The position numbers and the translations under genes were made by a program. Shown here one piece after another: positions 34,301-43,883 of a stretch of DNA of 64,000 bases (its first letter is position 1; every line of letters begins with the position of its first letter). This DNA comes from Strigamia acuminata (Eukaryota): contig OX442314.1 of the NCBI GenBank assembly GCA_949358305.1, forward strand, positions 27,032,001 to 27,096,000, given 5' to 3'. The notes under the pieces were generated by a model. That model saw only the letters and a program-made list of their open reading frames with translations, searched no databases and was not told the DNA's origin.

Positions 34301-35584
34301 CTGATTAGTATGATGAATTAACAGGTCAATACTTGGCATTTGAATTGCATCAACTTCTGTGATTGCATTCAACCAGCGGTAGTCGATACATAATCGATAC
34401 TTCCCGCCGGGTTTAGCCACTATGACGGGGTGACTTATATAGGGGCCGGTGGCAGGTTCGATTAACCCATCGGCCTCCAATTCCTCGACCAATTCCGTCA
34501 TAATGGCCTTCTTGGCCGGATTGTACATTCTATATGGCTGGTGTTTCCAAGTAGCACCAGGTTTAAACTTGATGCTGTGCTTGGCCACCTTCGTACAGCC
34601 CAATTGGTCTCGAAATACGTTTTTTAATTTCACAAGAACGTTTACGAGTAACCGTTTTTCTTCCGCCGAGCTGTTGCAGCCTTCGACGAGTTTTTCTGCC
34701 CAGTCAGGTGAAGTGGGAGTTCCTTCACCCTGGAGACCCAAAGTCCTAATGCTTGCTAAGCAACAGTTAAGTTCAGTGGTCTCGTATGGTGCTGTCCATC
34801 CGGGCATGTCATCACAGGTGAACACAGCCCGTCGGGGATTAGGGTTTATCCCCGTTCTACGCATAAAATTGTGACCCAAAATCAACCCACATACATTCTT
34901 GTGTAGAATTATGAAGGTCATAGGTGTAATTCTCCTTTTATCTGCCCATTTGACACAAAGACAAACTTGACCGATAGGTCGGTGATCTATTCCGACCGCG
35001 CAGACACGCATTCCCCGAGGACATTCTTGTATGAATTCCACCGGAATTTCTGTGTTTGAAAGGAGTTGTACTCCAATAAAACATTGGGTGGCTCCAGAGT
35101 CCATTAGTGCGTTGTAATCCAAACCTCCAATTTGGACATTCATACGCGGATCATCTTTGCCACCATTAATTAATTTGCTATTGCAAAGTTTGCCAAGAAA
35201 TACTTTACGTTCTTTCTTGTTCCATTTTTCAAGTTTAAGAAGTTTTCTTAACTTGAAAACCTTAGGTACAAGTGGTTTTTTCGGTGCATTCCAACTTCCA
35301 CTGAAAATACTCAAATTTTCTAGTTGGTCTGTCATGATTTTTAAATTCTCATCGACACCACCAGTGGAACTACTCGCTTTCCGACAGACAGGTACTGCTT
35401 CGTAAGAAATGACCAATGAGGGTGGTTTATTCTTCGAATCGTCAACATAGGGCACTGTGAGATGACTAGGCTTATGTCTTATTTTAATTTCTTTTTTATG
35501 AAAAAATAAATCATTGGACAATTCCGAGAGAGGAAACAACTCTTTAGGCGGGGGTTGGGCAACTTGAACAACCCCCTGAATCAG
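31304..35584 (-). CDS. pol: Element A Pol (PR-RT-RNaseH-IN), via -1 frameshift
   Basis: Same motifs as B pol; slippery site at 35584-35590. Confidence 0.95.
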   Translation of the reverse strand: MIQGVVQVAQPPPKELFPLSELSNDLFFHKKEIKIRHKPSHLTVPYVDDSKNKPPSLVISYEAVPVCRKASSSTGGVDENLKIMTDQLENLSIFSGSWNAPKKPLVPKVFKLRKLLKLEKWNKKERKVFLGKLCNSKLINGGKDDPRMNVQIGGLDYNALMDSGATQCFIGVQLLSNTEIPVEFIQECPRGMRVCAVGIDHRPIGQVCLCVKWADKRRITPMTFIILHKNVCGLILGHNFMRRTGINPNPRRAVFTCDDMPGWTAPYETTELNCCLASIRTLGLQGEGTPTSPDWAEKLVEGCNSSAEEKRLLVNVLVKLKNVFRDQLGCTKVAKHSIKFKPGATWKHQPYRMYNPAKKAIMTELVEELEADGLIEPATGPYISHPVIVAKPGGKYRLCIDYRWLNAITEVDAIQMPSIDLLIHHTNQAKYFTSIDLTKGYHQMEMEEEDKSKTAFYTPKGKFQFKRLPFGLCNAPSSFQHLMTTVLGDSLYKHALVYLDDIIIFSDTWENHLLHIKDVLEKLDAANLTINKDKSKFGRTSLRFLGHLISEGSLLPDPDKVSAVRNFPKPTCSKDIQRFVGLANFFRKFIPNITNIARPLTNIMHDQAKFVWDDPQTTAFETIKDILCDKDQALLHMPDMNKPFVILTDASHSGLGAVLCQDVELFCEKKQKLIMVPKAVAYASRVLHGAEVRYSTPELECLAVVWAIERFRPYIEYTTFTLESDAKALSWLMSTPEPSGRFGRWAVKIQCGAFKIIFRRGAMNQVADALSRAPLSALDTPDYDYIEPEEITHFYPTWNGNRCASLQVTETEHKHFLTNVGLSLDFFSESYNPVRFHDSGEKGEEEGCTRENCRHIDVHNCNHENVHTALTDILKIVPPTRDEIIETQLKDPACSKILVYLKGNEKLKNRITDKHWLNAIRGYTLDEPEENKGVMLIYFAPTDEEELNDSGNGFKAVIPRSLVRRALFACHGHPLTGHAGMSKTLDRAKKMYFWPRMSKDTRNYVRSCTHCQQYKPSQHQKHRASYTPHNMTNPWETISIDLMGPKPAGRSQLKWILVIIDNCTKWIEVFPLATASSECIVNKMSEVFHRWGYPKKIISDNGKQFVSTIFNDFCRKNHVDIAHISPYHAAANITERANRTLKMMLALYSDIHSHWPKYLNSFAFAMRTAKSEATNCSPMILNTGRIVPLPFDPRITKHAIKFDKENPEAYVYSILDVIRRAHSEMHRKIQSNYEKHDRLHKDKYYICQFAKGDLVWKATHILSNKDKGISAGFAEKRDGPWEITAVLGGGSYTLRKLSDNTKAKAINIQDLMPYIPSYPIEEWTLDQKVGTNESHPTPDWMADQVINSPELINEPVSMETEDLVEEKEEETSQISSKEDETPQNPSKKRKRFPSPVRQSKRRPKPNTKYVTDFVQLINCLKQVKLG

Positions 35585-37632
35585 TTTTTTGTCTCGTCGG
35601 GAGTGACTGAATCAGTGGCTGCTGGTAAATGCTTAATTAACAGGTCAACCATGTTTTTCTGGAAGTCAGTAAATTTGGAGTCGAAAGTTTCCGTCGTAAC
35701 CCAATTTTGTTTGGGTCGTTTAAACTCGGGGTTGGGAGCAGAGTGGTTAAATCTTTTATTTGAATTTAACGAGTCTGTTTTCCCTGCTAATTTTTTGGCA
35801 AGAGCGGGACATTCTCTTTTAAAATGTCCAGGCTCGTGACAGAAAAAGCATTTTCCAGTAGTCTTTTCATACTGGGCGGCAAATAATCGCTCCATTGAAC
35901 CATCGTCAGTTGAGTCGTCATTTTCCGACTCGTCTTCATCTTCAACCTCATCTTGTGTTTGCGTTAAACGTAGTGAAGTTTTAGATGGAAAAATCTTAGA
36001 TTTTTCGTGAATTTTTGGAGTAGGATGATTCTCTCGATTATCGTACTCCAATTTTGCTGCAAGTTGAGCAGAACTTTCAAACTTAGAGCGATTTGCTCCT
36101 ACATATTGTAGAATGTCATCTACTGTAAAGTCACCATACATCCCTTGTGTACATAACGCCGTGAAACTTTCTTGGGTTAAATTGTCGAATAATTGCGCAC
36201 GTCCAGTTTTATCGCCTGGCGGCACTTCACCTTGTTCTTGCGTATAACGCAGAAGAAAACTATAAAGTGACTCGTCGGCTCGTTGTTTTACATTAAGAAG
36301 TCGCCTTTCTCTTGTAAGTGGAACGAGATCGAAACAATCGAGGAAAGAGGCTTCGAAAGTTCGCCAACTGTTAAAGGTATGGCGTTGCTTATGGAACCAA
36401 CGTTGTGCATGGCCTAATAGTCGTCCAGGTACAGCAGTGTGTACCATGTTGTCTAAAGGGATGCCTTTCCCGAGTGCGACAGCTTTGACGATTTCAAGGA
36501 ATCGCGCAACCTCTGTCTGTTTCCCGTCAAAAATAGGAATCTCGATTCCTTTTCCAAAATTCTGACTGGAATTACTCGGGCTTCGGATTTGACCAACTAA
36601 ACCCTGAATAATTTGTTTTACATTTTCGTCTGACAAATTAGAAGCAGCGTTCGAGTTGGGTGTAGACCGACTTTCTTGGTCTCGGGGTGGCGGATTTGGT
36701 TCTCCTCGAAAATTTTGCTGTCTATCAGGTGGCGGTGGAGAACGCGAATTATTTCGTTGGTGGAAATTATTGTTATAATTTCCCCCTCCACCAGCGTGAG
36801 ATTCGTCACTACTCGAGTTAGGATCGGAGTCACGAGGATCACCAGGAGCTCCGGGAAATCGTTGATTTCTCGGCGGAGCTCGTCCACCTTGAGAGCGGGA
36901 ATTTCTATAATTCCTAAAATCTCCATCAGATTGGGCGTGAGATTGAAAATTTTGATAATTTTCATTTCTCCCCCTTGGTTGGACCGACAGATTAGTTCGA
37001 GGCTGTGGAACTCTGAAAGAATCATTCAAATTCCCAGTGGAAGCGGGTAAATTATTATTTACTGCCGTCGCACTTGGCAAATTTCGGGAAATTGGCGCAG
37101 AAATATTTCCTTGTCCGGAATTTCCCATTCTTTCGGCCGAATTCGATCGCCAAGAACTAGCTGGTAACTGAATCGAAGGTTGAACAGATAGTGAAGAATT
37201 TAACTGCCCATTGTCGTCACGAGCAACATTCATTCGCCATCCAGGTAATTGCTGGTAGCGATATGTGGCCGGTGAACGAGGGCCAGTTCGATCTACAGAA
37301 ACACTTTGTTCGTTGGTTACAACTACATCGGGAGTAATTACACGATTTCTCTCGTGATGATTATTCGCCGTGTATTGTTGAGCTTCACACAAAGAGGAAA
37401 ACTGCGTCACTTCCAATTGGTAATGGCGACAGTAAACTTCTAAATCATGCGGGACTGATAGTGGATCTGTTCGAGAACTGCTTGGGTTGGAAACGTCTCT
37501 AGGAACATTTTCTTCCCCCTGGCTTTCTAAATCAGACTCCACAGTTCCTCTTGGTGTTTCACACATACCACCACGTCGTCGTGCTCCACGATTTCCTCGT
37601 GTTCCACGAACTCTTACAGGTCTACGGGCCAT
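35581..37632 (-). CDS. gag: Element A Gag
   Basis: ATG at 37632; IPIFDG capsid-start motif; CCHC knuckle. Confidence 0.92.
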   Translation of the reverse strand: MARRPVRVRGTRGNRGARRRGGMCETPRGTVESDLESQGEENVPRDVSNPSSSRTDPLSVPHDLEVYCRHYQLEVTQFSSLCEAQQYTANNHHERNRVITPDVVVTNEQSVSVDRTGPRSPATYRYQQLPGWRMNVARDDNGQLNSSLSVQPSIQLPASSWRSNSAERMGNSGQGNISAPISRNLPSATAVNNNLPASTGNLNDSFRVPQPRTNLSVQPRGRNENYQNFQSHAQSDGDFRNYRNSRSQGGRAPPRNQRFPGAPGDPRDSDPNSSSDESHAGGGGNYNNNFHQRNNSRSPPPPDRQQNFRGEPNPPPRDQESRSTPNSNAASNLSDENVKQIIQGLVGQIRSPSNSSQNFGKGIEIPIFDGKQTEVARFLEIVKAVALGKGIPLDNMVHTAVPGRLLGHAQRWFHKQRHTFNSWRTFEASFLDCFDLVPLTRERRLLNVKQRADESLYSFLLRYTQEQGEVPPGDKTGRAQLFDNLTQESFTALCTQGMYGDFTVDDILQYVGANRSKFESSAQLAAKLEYDNRENHPTPKIHEKSKIFPSKTSLRLTQTQDEVEDEDESENDDSTDDGSMERLFAAQYEKTTGKCFFCHEPGHFKRECPALAKKLAGKTDSLNSNKRFNHSAPNPEFKRPKQNWVTTETFDSKFTDFQKNMVDLLIKHLPAATDSVTPDETKN

Positions 37633-38467
37633 AATACTCAAAAGGAATACACGTACAAAACAATAATAAAATTTAAATGAAACTAGCGTAAACGAAACAC
37701 GCTTAATATTAAACTAAAAATGAATTGAAAAAATACAACCTTAGCTGCTGAAACTGAAGTGGCTTCGGGAAAGGACTGTCCTGTTGCGTGGTCAAGAATG
37801 GTCCAAACGGGCACTGGTCACAAAGGCACAACTGGATGGTCGCACTGTCGAAAAGCAAGTGTGGCAGAATATTGGTTGTCAAACTAGCTTCCGGAAAACC
37901 TCCTTTGTCAAGACAGTCTGCTGTGATTGGTGATGTTGAAAAATTCCTGATAATTTCTAATCCGAAATTCTCAACAATGTCACATCTGGATGACCTACTC
38001 CGAGCTGCATCGTGAGTGGCTCTCTTTGGCACATTCTTTACCTTGTCAAGGATTAAGAATAATAATCCAGAACTAGTCAAGTTGTCAACCAGTAAAAAAA
38101 ATATTTTAACTTTTTATTTTTTAGTCAGCAGAATTTCTAGTCAAATTCGTTTTTTGATCGAATTTCAAGGTTTCGAAATTTTTTCCAGAATATAGCCGAA
38201 TATTCTGGGAAACTCAATAAACTCAAAATAGATTTTTCGTAAGAGATTCGGAATTATAATGAGTTTTTTCAAAATAATCCAAAAATTCGAATTCAGATAT
38301 TTCCAAAAGATAATGAGAATTTTTTGAAAACAAATGAATATTTCACAGTAAATTTATAGAGAAAAAATCGGAAATTTTCTAATTATAATATCTACATAAA
38401 ATAATCAAAAAATTCATTTTTCAATTTTACACTTGATCACAGAGTTCACTTCAATAAAATGCAACCT

Positions 38468-38485
38468 ATCTCGGTGGGACCTCCA
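38468..38485 (-). promoter_or_regulatory. Primer binding site of A, tRNA-Gln type
   Basis: TGGAGGTCCCACCGAGAT next to the 5' LTR. Confidence 0.85.
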
Positions 38486-38487
38486 CG

Positions 38488-39132
38488 TGTGACGATTGAC
38501 TTGGCGAGATACAAATTGCTTAACAGTTAACGTAGGAACTCGTGTGAAAGTGTAAAAGTACGGAGGCTTGTGATTTCTCAAATCATATGACAGTTTATTA
38601 CAAGTCGGGAATTATATAAAACCTATGCCTACAAATGGCTAAATAACTTAGGTTAAATATACAATGGGTTGGCAAAAGCCCTGAAATAATATCACTTGCG
38701 GTTTTCAGTCTCGTAATAAGAATGTGTAACTTTCTTATTACGGTGACGTAAAAGATGTCGTCTGAGTATGGTTCGAGCTTCCAAATGGTCCTGGATTGAT
38801 TCTAAAATGGTGTGTAATGGTTAGGCTTGGGTGTGTTATATCCGAGAGGTGCGGTTGTCTTTGGCACAATCATCACACGTATAATTATTGTTAATAATTA
38901 TACAGCGCGATCATAAGAATGATGAAACAATCGGAATAAATATTCATGTAAATTCCATTGAATTAAACATGAGTATTGTGTTCACAAAGCTGGATAAATA
39001 ACTATAAAAATAAAGAAATAATTAAAATAGCGCCGAGCTATTTTTTGCCCCGAGTGCAATCAACATTTAAGTCAGACTTAAATGTTCCATCAAACCAACA
39101 ACGAAATGAATCGAAGTATTTCGCAGGAAAGG
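38488..39132 (-). repeat. 5' LTR of element A, first part (split by C)
   Basis: Matches 12140-12784. Confidence 0.95.
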
Positions 39133-40888
39133 TGTGACGGTGACGACCACAACTCCCATTTAACAATGGTACCGGGAAGAGATCGCAATAAATAAACAGT
39201 GAATACAATACGAGATAAATACAAGACAGTTTATTGTTGGCAAACAATATGGATGAGCTAAATTATACATAGGACTAATGCCGACATTTGGCAAGTTAAC
39301 TGACTATTAAACTATACAAAGCATAGGCCAATTGGTCCTAAAATAATATCATTACGTGTCTGGGATAAGGGAGCGGTTTCCCCATCGCTCGACCTGGTTT
39401 ACAGATGTCATCTAAGTCGGATGGCTGTGTCCTGGAGTCCGATATGGCTTCGCTGGTTTCCTTGGTTCGCTGTGTAAATTATCGCACGTCGATAAATCGA
39501 ATGATCTGAGCATTGCGGTTGACTTTGTCTGCACCGCCACAACTTTGGGAGGATATTGGTGTAAGTAAATGTATTCATTTTACTTATCAATATTCCGCTT
39601 ATGAATTATATTTAATTCATATCGTTGTGAATTCTTATTTAGATATTTTTGTGGATAAGTTGTCATCAACTTATCAGTTACATTTGCGTCTTTGATGTAA
39701 TCGTGATCGTAATTAAGTCTTCTGACTTGGTTAATCAACTTGTCGCCAAGTTAATATTTAGCTGTTATAAATAAAATGAAGATTAGGCTTCCCGTCGCAA
39801 CACACAATTGCCGTCGAAAGAAAATATACGCCTTGCAATGCAGAACGGTATCAAGCGTCCCCTGCGTCGCGACACGGTCGTTCGTCTGGCGATTGACGGT
39901 ATCACGTACACAGGAGTCGATAGCTCGCGGCTCCGCACAGCAGTATAATCTCTCGCGGTACTAATAATAGACCGACTACTTTGGCATCGAATACCATGAG
40001 AATCAGCTTGCCAAACACTTGGTGCTACTCGTGGTTACTGTAAAACAGACTGCTTTGGCACCATCCGGTGAAGGAACTAATTCTCAACAGCAACGATGCT
40101 ACTTGCGGTAACGGAATACGTTCATACCGAGAAAGACCACATGGTCCTGTCCGGAGGATACTGAATTGCACAACGGCGGGTTCTCCTTCGGCGTCGCAAC
40201 CGTAAACTGTAACATTTATGCAACATAATGATCCCAGCACTTCGACTTCAATTGCCGGCGGTGGCATGATTCTGTAGAATCATGCAACGGTTCTTTGTGA
40301 ATAAATCAACAAAGAACCAAAAGGTTTTTTTACGTGAACAACGAATCATATTTCTTAAGTAACAATACCAAACAGAAAATAATCAAACAGAGCTGCCGGA
40401 TGGCCGGTTGTTTGGGTTTATATAACCTGACTGGATTAGAGATTAATCCAATCAACCAATTGGAACATGGGTTCCACGAATCCCTCCAATCCCGTATCGC
40501 CGGAAGTGGATACGGAGGAGCAATATGCTAATTCACACCACAACCGGAACTGGATACCCAGGACCGGAAATGGATCCACCAATCACATCGATCGGTTGAT
40601 CGATGGATTATCAAATCTCCATTTCTGCTGAACTAGAGATTCCCATCACTTAGTGTGAACAATAATTATTAATATATATTTATATTAATCCTAATAAAGT
40701 GTCGTTTCATACAAATAAATATATTCTTATATTTATTTACCAGTTTTCTTAACTCGCAATTCGAATTTACCGCTGAATTATAATCGCGCCATCTAGTGGC
40801 GACTCGGAGCATTGACAAATGCGGGTTTCGCAAAAAACACTTAAAATTCGGCCGTGTTATTAATAAATAGCACTTATAAACCGTCATA
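39133..40888 (-). repeat. 3' LTR of element C
   Basis: Repeat of 51342-53097; one substitution noticed (39484 G vs A). Confidence 0.95.
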
Positions 40889-41395
40889 CATCCCCCTTAA
40901 TTACTCAACTTATAAATTTTATTCATAAGTTTATGTTATTCTTGCGAAATGATTTTATTAATATCTCAAAACAGGACTTTTTTCATCCCGAACAGCTGAG
41001 TGCGTATGCGGGTGACTCAAAATAAATTTCATATTTCTGATGTGCGCAACAATTCTTTTTTAATGAATTATCAAGAATAAAATATTATTTGGTTACAATA
41101 AAACAAACTTGGAACTTTACAACACTTAGCCTCATTTCTTCACACAATTATTATTTCAAATAACGGGAATCTTAACATAATTTTTTGGTAAATTATTTCT
41201 TTTTAGCTTAACAATTATTAAAAGATTTCTTTTGATTTATAGGATTATCTCTCGATTTTCCTTTTTTTTAAAAATAACATGACTTTTGCATATCACAACC
41301 GCTTATTAAATACTAAACAGAATACTTTTGAGTTTTTCGTTAATTCTAACATTTTTTCCTTAAATTCTATTAAATTCGAAAATTAACTCCGCGAG

Positions 41396-43072
41396 TCACT
41401 TGACTTCTTCTTCATCAGACTCCGATCCTTCACTCTCTTTCTTAAGAGTCTCACTGGACTCACCGACTTCGGACTTTTCTAGGGGAAGAAATTCCGCTGG
41501 TCTTCGGTCGATGACGAAATTGGGTTCTTCACCTATATCTTCTGCGGGTGGAGATTTCGGCGCGTACTCCGGAGACCTTGGTTCATATTCTGGAGTTTTC
41601 TCAACTAACTCATAACTTTCTTCAATAGCCTTCTTCGAAGCGTCGTATATCTCCGCAATGCAGGGGAGTCCGTAGAACCATGAAGGGTTTATTAATCCTT
41701 TTCCGTCGGTGTTGACTCTGTCAATTAACAGTGTCCATATGTGCTCCAGCACAGCAAAAGATTCGCCTCGATTGGCGTTAAATATCAATTTCATCACATG
41801 GACAGCATAATTGATATTCGAGGGATCGGTAGAGTCTGAGCGCATTTGTTCCGTGATTTTCTCGGCAATTCTAAAAAGCGTCGGAAAATAGTAGCTCACC
41901 TCGTATTCGAATAGATGCGCTATTTTCGCTCCTGGTGGAGGGAAAAAGGGTTCCACAAGAAGTTCATTTTCGGCTTCTTTTTCGTTCTCCTTGGATACCG
42001 TTTGACATCCTTTATCGATGACTGTCGTACTCTGTGGTTTTCGGGAACTCTCTAGAGCTTCTGGCGGAATTCTCAGATCTTGCATTTCCCTTCCTAGTGG
42101 AGTGGTTATGGCGTTCAAGAACTCCGGGCTGATGTACGGCGATCTTCCGTCACTGGAGAGGACAATTTTACACTCCGGGCAAGTTGCCCACAACCTGGCC
42201 GGGGGAGGGTGAATTCCCATGACCACAAACGGCAGAAAGCTGGGGCGCCAAGGTTGGCCTTTGGGCCGCTTCTTTGTGCCCTCGCAATTGGAACATTGCG
42301 CCAGGTGGCCTCCGGTTCCCGATCCCGAGACCCACCCGACGGCGGAACAAAAAGGACATGGCACTTCGTCCTTCGAGAGTACCATATCATCATGTGGTTT
42401 TCCGTTCTCTTTATCTTGTTTACACTGTTCTCGTCTTTTCTGGATCTGACGAACTTTATTTGCCAACTTTTGGCGATCTGACCATGCGCTGGTATTTGAC
42501 CTATTCCTAGGTTGGTCGGACCTTCGGTAGGAGGAATACGACCTTTTTTCCCGGTCTCGGTCTGGTGAATCGTTAAATCTAACGTATTCTCTTTTTGGAC
42601 GCTCTTGGCCAGTACAAGAGGAAGGTGTAGCGTCTTCCGAATTTCGGCGGCGTTTAGCTTCCATTGGTGGGGATTTCCTTCTTCGTTCGGGCGACTTGAC
42701 TCGGTTGTACACAATTTCCACCTTTCGCGGTTTACTGGTACTTGGCTGGTTTTTTGCAATTGGCGGATTATTTCTGGCGAAATCATCCGCTTTTATCTTT
42801 GGAATAACAAATGGCTTCGCCGTTGATTCTTTTTTGGCCGGTTCCTCCTGTAACGTGGGGGTTCCGGGTGGACCAAGCTCAGCGGGGAGCAATTCGGGAT
42901 GTTGGCGAGCCCAACTCAAAATATCCCAGCCTCTGGCGTTGATAATCACGGGTGTTTTGGGACACCCTTCTACGAATACGGCAGCGGCCGAAGGAGGTGC
43001 CGTTACTTCTTCATCGGAGGAAGAGGATTCGACCAACACGTATTTTCTCTTTTTTTCGATCTTTTTTCCCAT
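41396..43072 (-). CDS. Element C ORF3, 558 aa, divergent homolog of A/B ORF3
   Basis: ATG at 43072, 5 nt after candidate acceptor TTTTCTCTAG; shares WARxxPxLxP, the Cys/His block and the EVxxYFP...GLP block with A/B. Confidence 0.85.
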   Translation of the reverse strand: MGKKIEKKRKYVLVESSSSDEEVTAPPSAAAVFVEGCPKTPVIINARGWDILSWARQHPELLPAELGPPGTPTLQEEPAKKESTAKPFVIPKIKADDFARNNPPIAKNQPSTSKPRKVEIVYNRVKSPERRRKSPPMEAKRRRNSEDATPSSCTGQERPKREYVRFNDSPDRDREKRSYSSYRRSDQPRNRSNTSAWSDRQKLANKVRQIQKRREQCKQDKENGKPHDDMVLSKDEVPCPFCSAVGWVSGSGTGGHLAQCSNCEGTKKRPKGQPWRPSFLPFVVMGIHPPPARLWATCPECKIVLSSDGRSPYISPEFLNAITTPLGREMQDLRIPPEALESSRKPQSTTVIDKGCQTVSKENEKEAENELLVEPFFPPPGAKIAHLFEYEVSYYFPTLFRIAEKITEQMRSDSTDPSNINYAVHVMKLIFNANRGESFAVLEHIWTLLIDRVNTDGKGLINPSWFYGLPCIAEIYDASKKAIEESYELVEKTPEYEPRSPEYAPKSPPAEDIGEEPNFVIDRRPAEFLPLEKSEVGESSETLKKESEGSESDEEEVK

Positions 43073-43883
43073 TTTTTCTAGAGAAAATAATATAGAGAAT
43101 CTTATCAATACGATTTATTTAACAAAATTTATACCGCCATCTATCGTGAAAATTTATCAACTTTATCGATGGTTTCGATATATTTTTATATCGGGATTTT
43201 ACGTGCGGCTTTTTTACTATTCGTAATATTCGATAGAATTATCTTTAGAATACTTACACTAGGAATCTCCGGAATCCACTTAAGTATTCAAAATGATGTG
43301 GTGCCGATTTTCTAATTGACAAAACTCGTTGTTTTTAGCGAAGGTGTTCTCCGCCAACGTAGAAATCCTAATTTTATATATAAAATAGCCGTGAATATCT
43401 CTTGATATATTAAATTTATCATTACTTACACGTAACACTCTAGTAAACGTTGAACTGTCGTGATGATATTTCGAATTTTCTCGAAGGAGAAATTTTCTTC
43501 TTCACGCCGAGGTCACGTGTTCGTCTCTTTCAGACGAAATTAATCACCGAAGTTTTCTCTCGTCCTTTTCTATCATGAAAGGATTATAACATTAAGTCCT
43601 GACACATAATTTCCGAGTTTACTGGTAATACATGAGTCTTACCACGAATCTCGAGGTTTTTCTTGAAAGAAATCGCGACGAACTTTTCTATCGACGCAGG
43701 TGTCAAAGTTGACTCGCACATGTGTGTGAAGCTTGTGAGAGAACAAATCCTCTACTCTCTACCCGGGGTATTTTCACCCTATTCTCCTATAGGTTTATGA
43801 TTTAACCATGACTAATTTGTGGGTCAAAAAGTGACCCGATTTTTTATCTTTTTTAAATTTTTATTTAAAAAAATACGCTATCA

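Noticed and set aside
39830..40140. Equivalent hairpin array in the C LTR
   Set aside because: Only loose repeats (ACGGTATCA, GACTRCTTTGGCA, TGCTACTYGYGGT); wobble pairs favour the antisense strand, so I cannot support a match to the A/B or D arrays.
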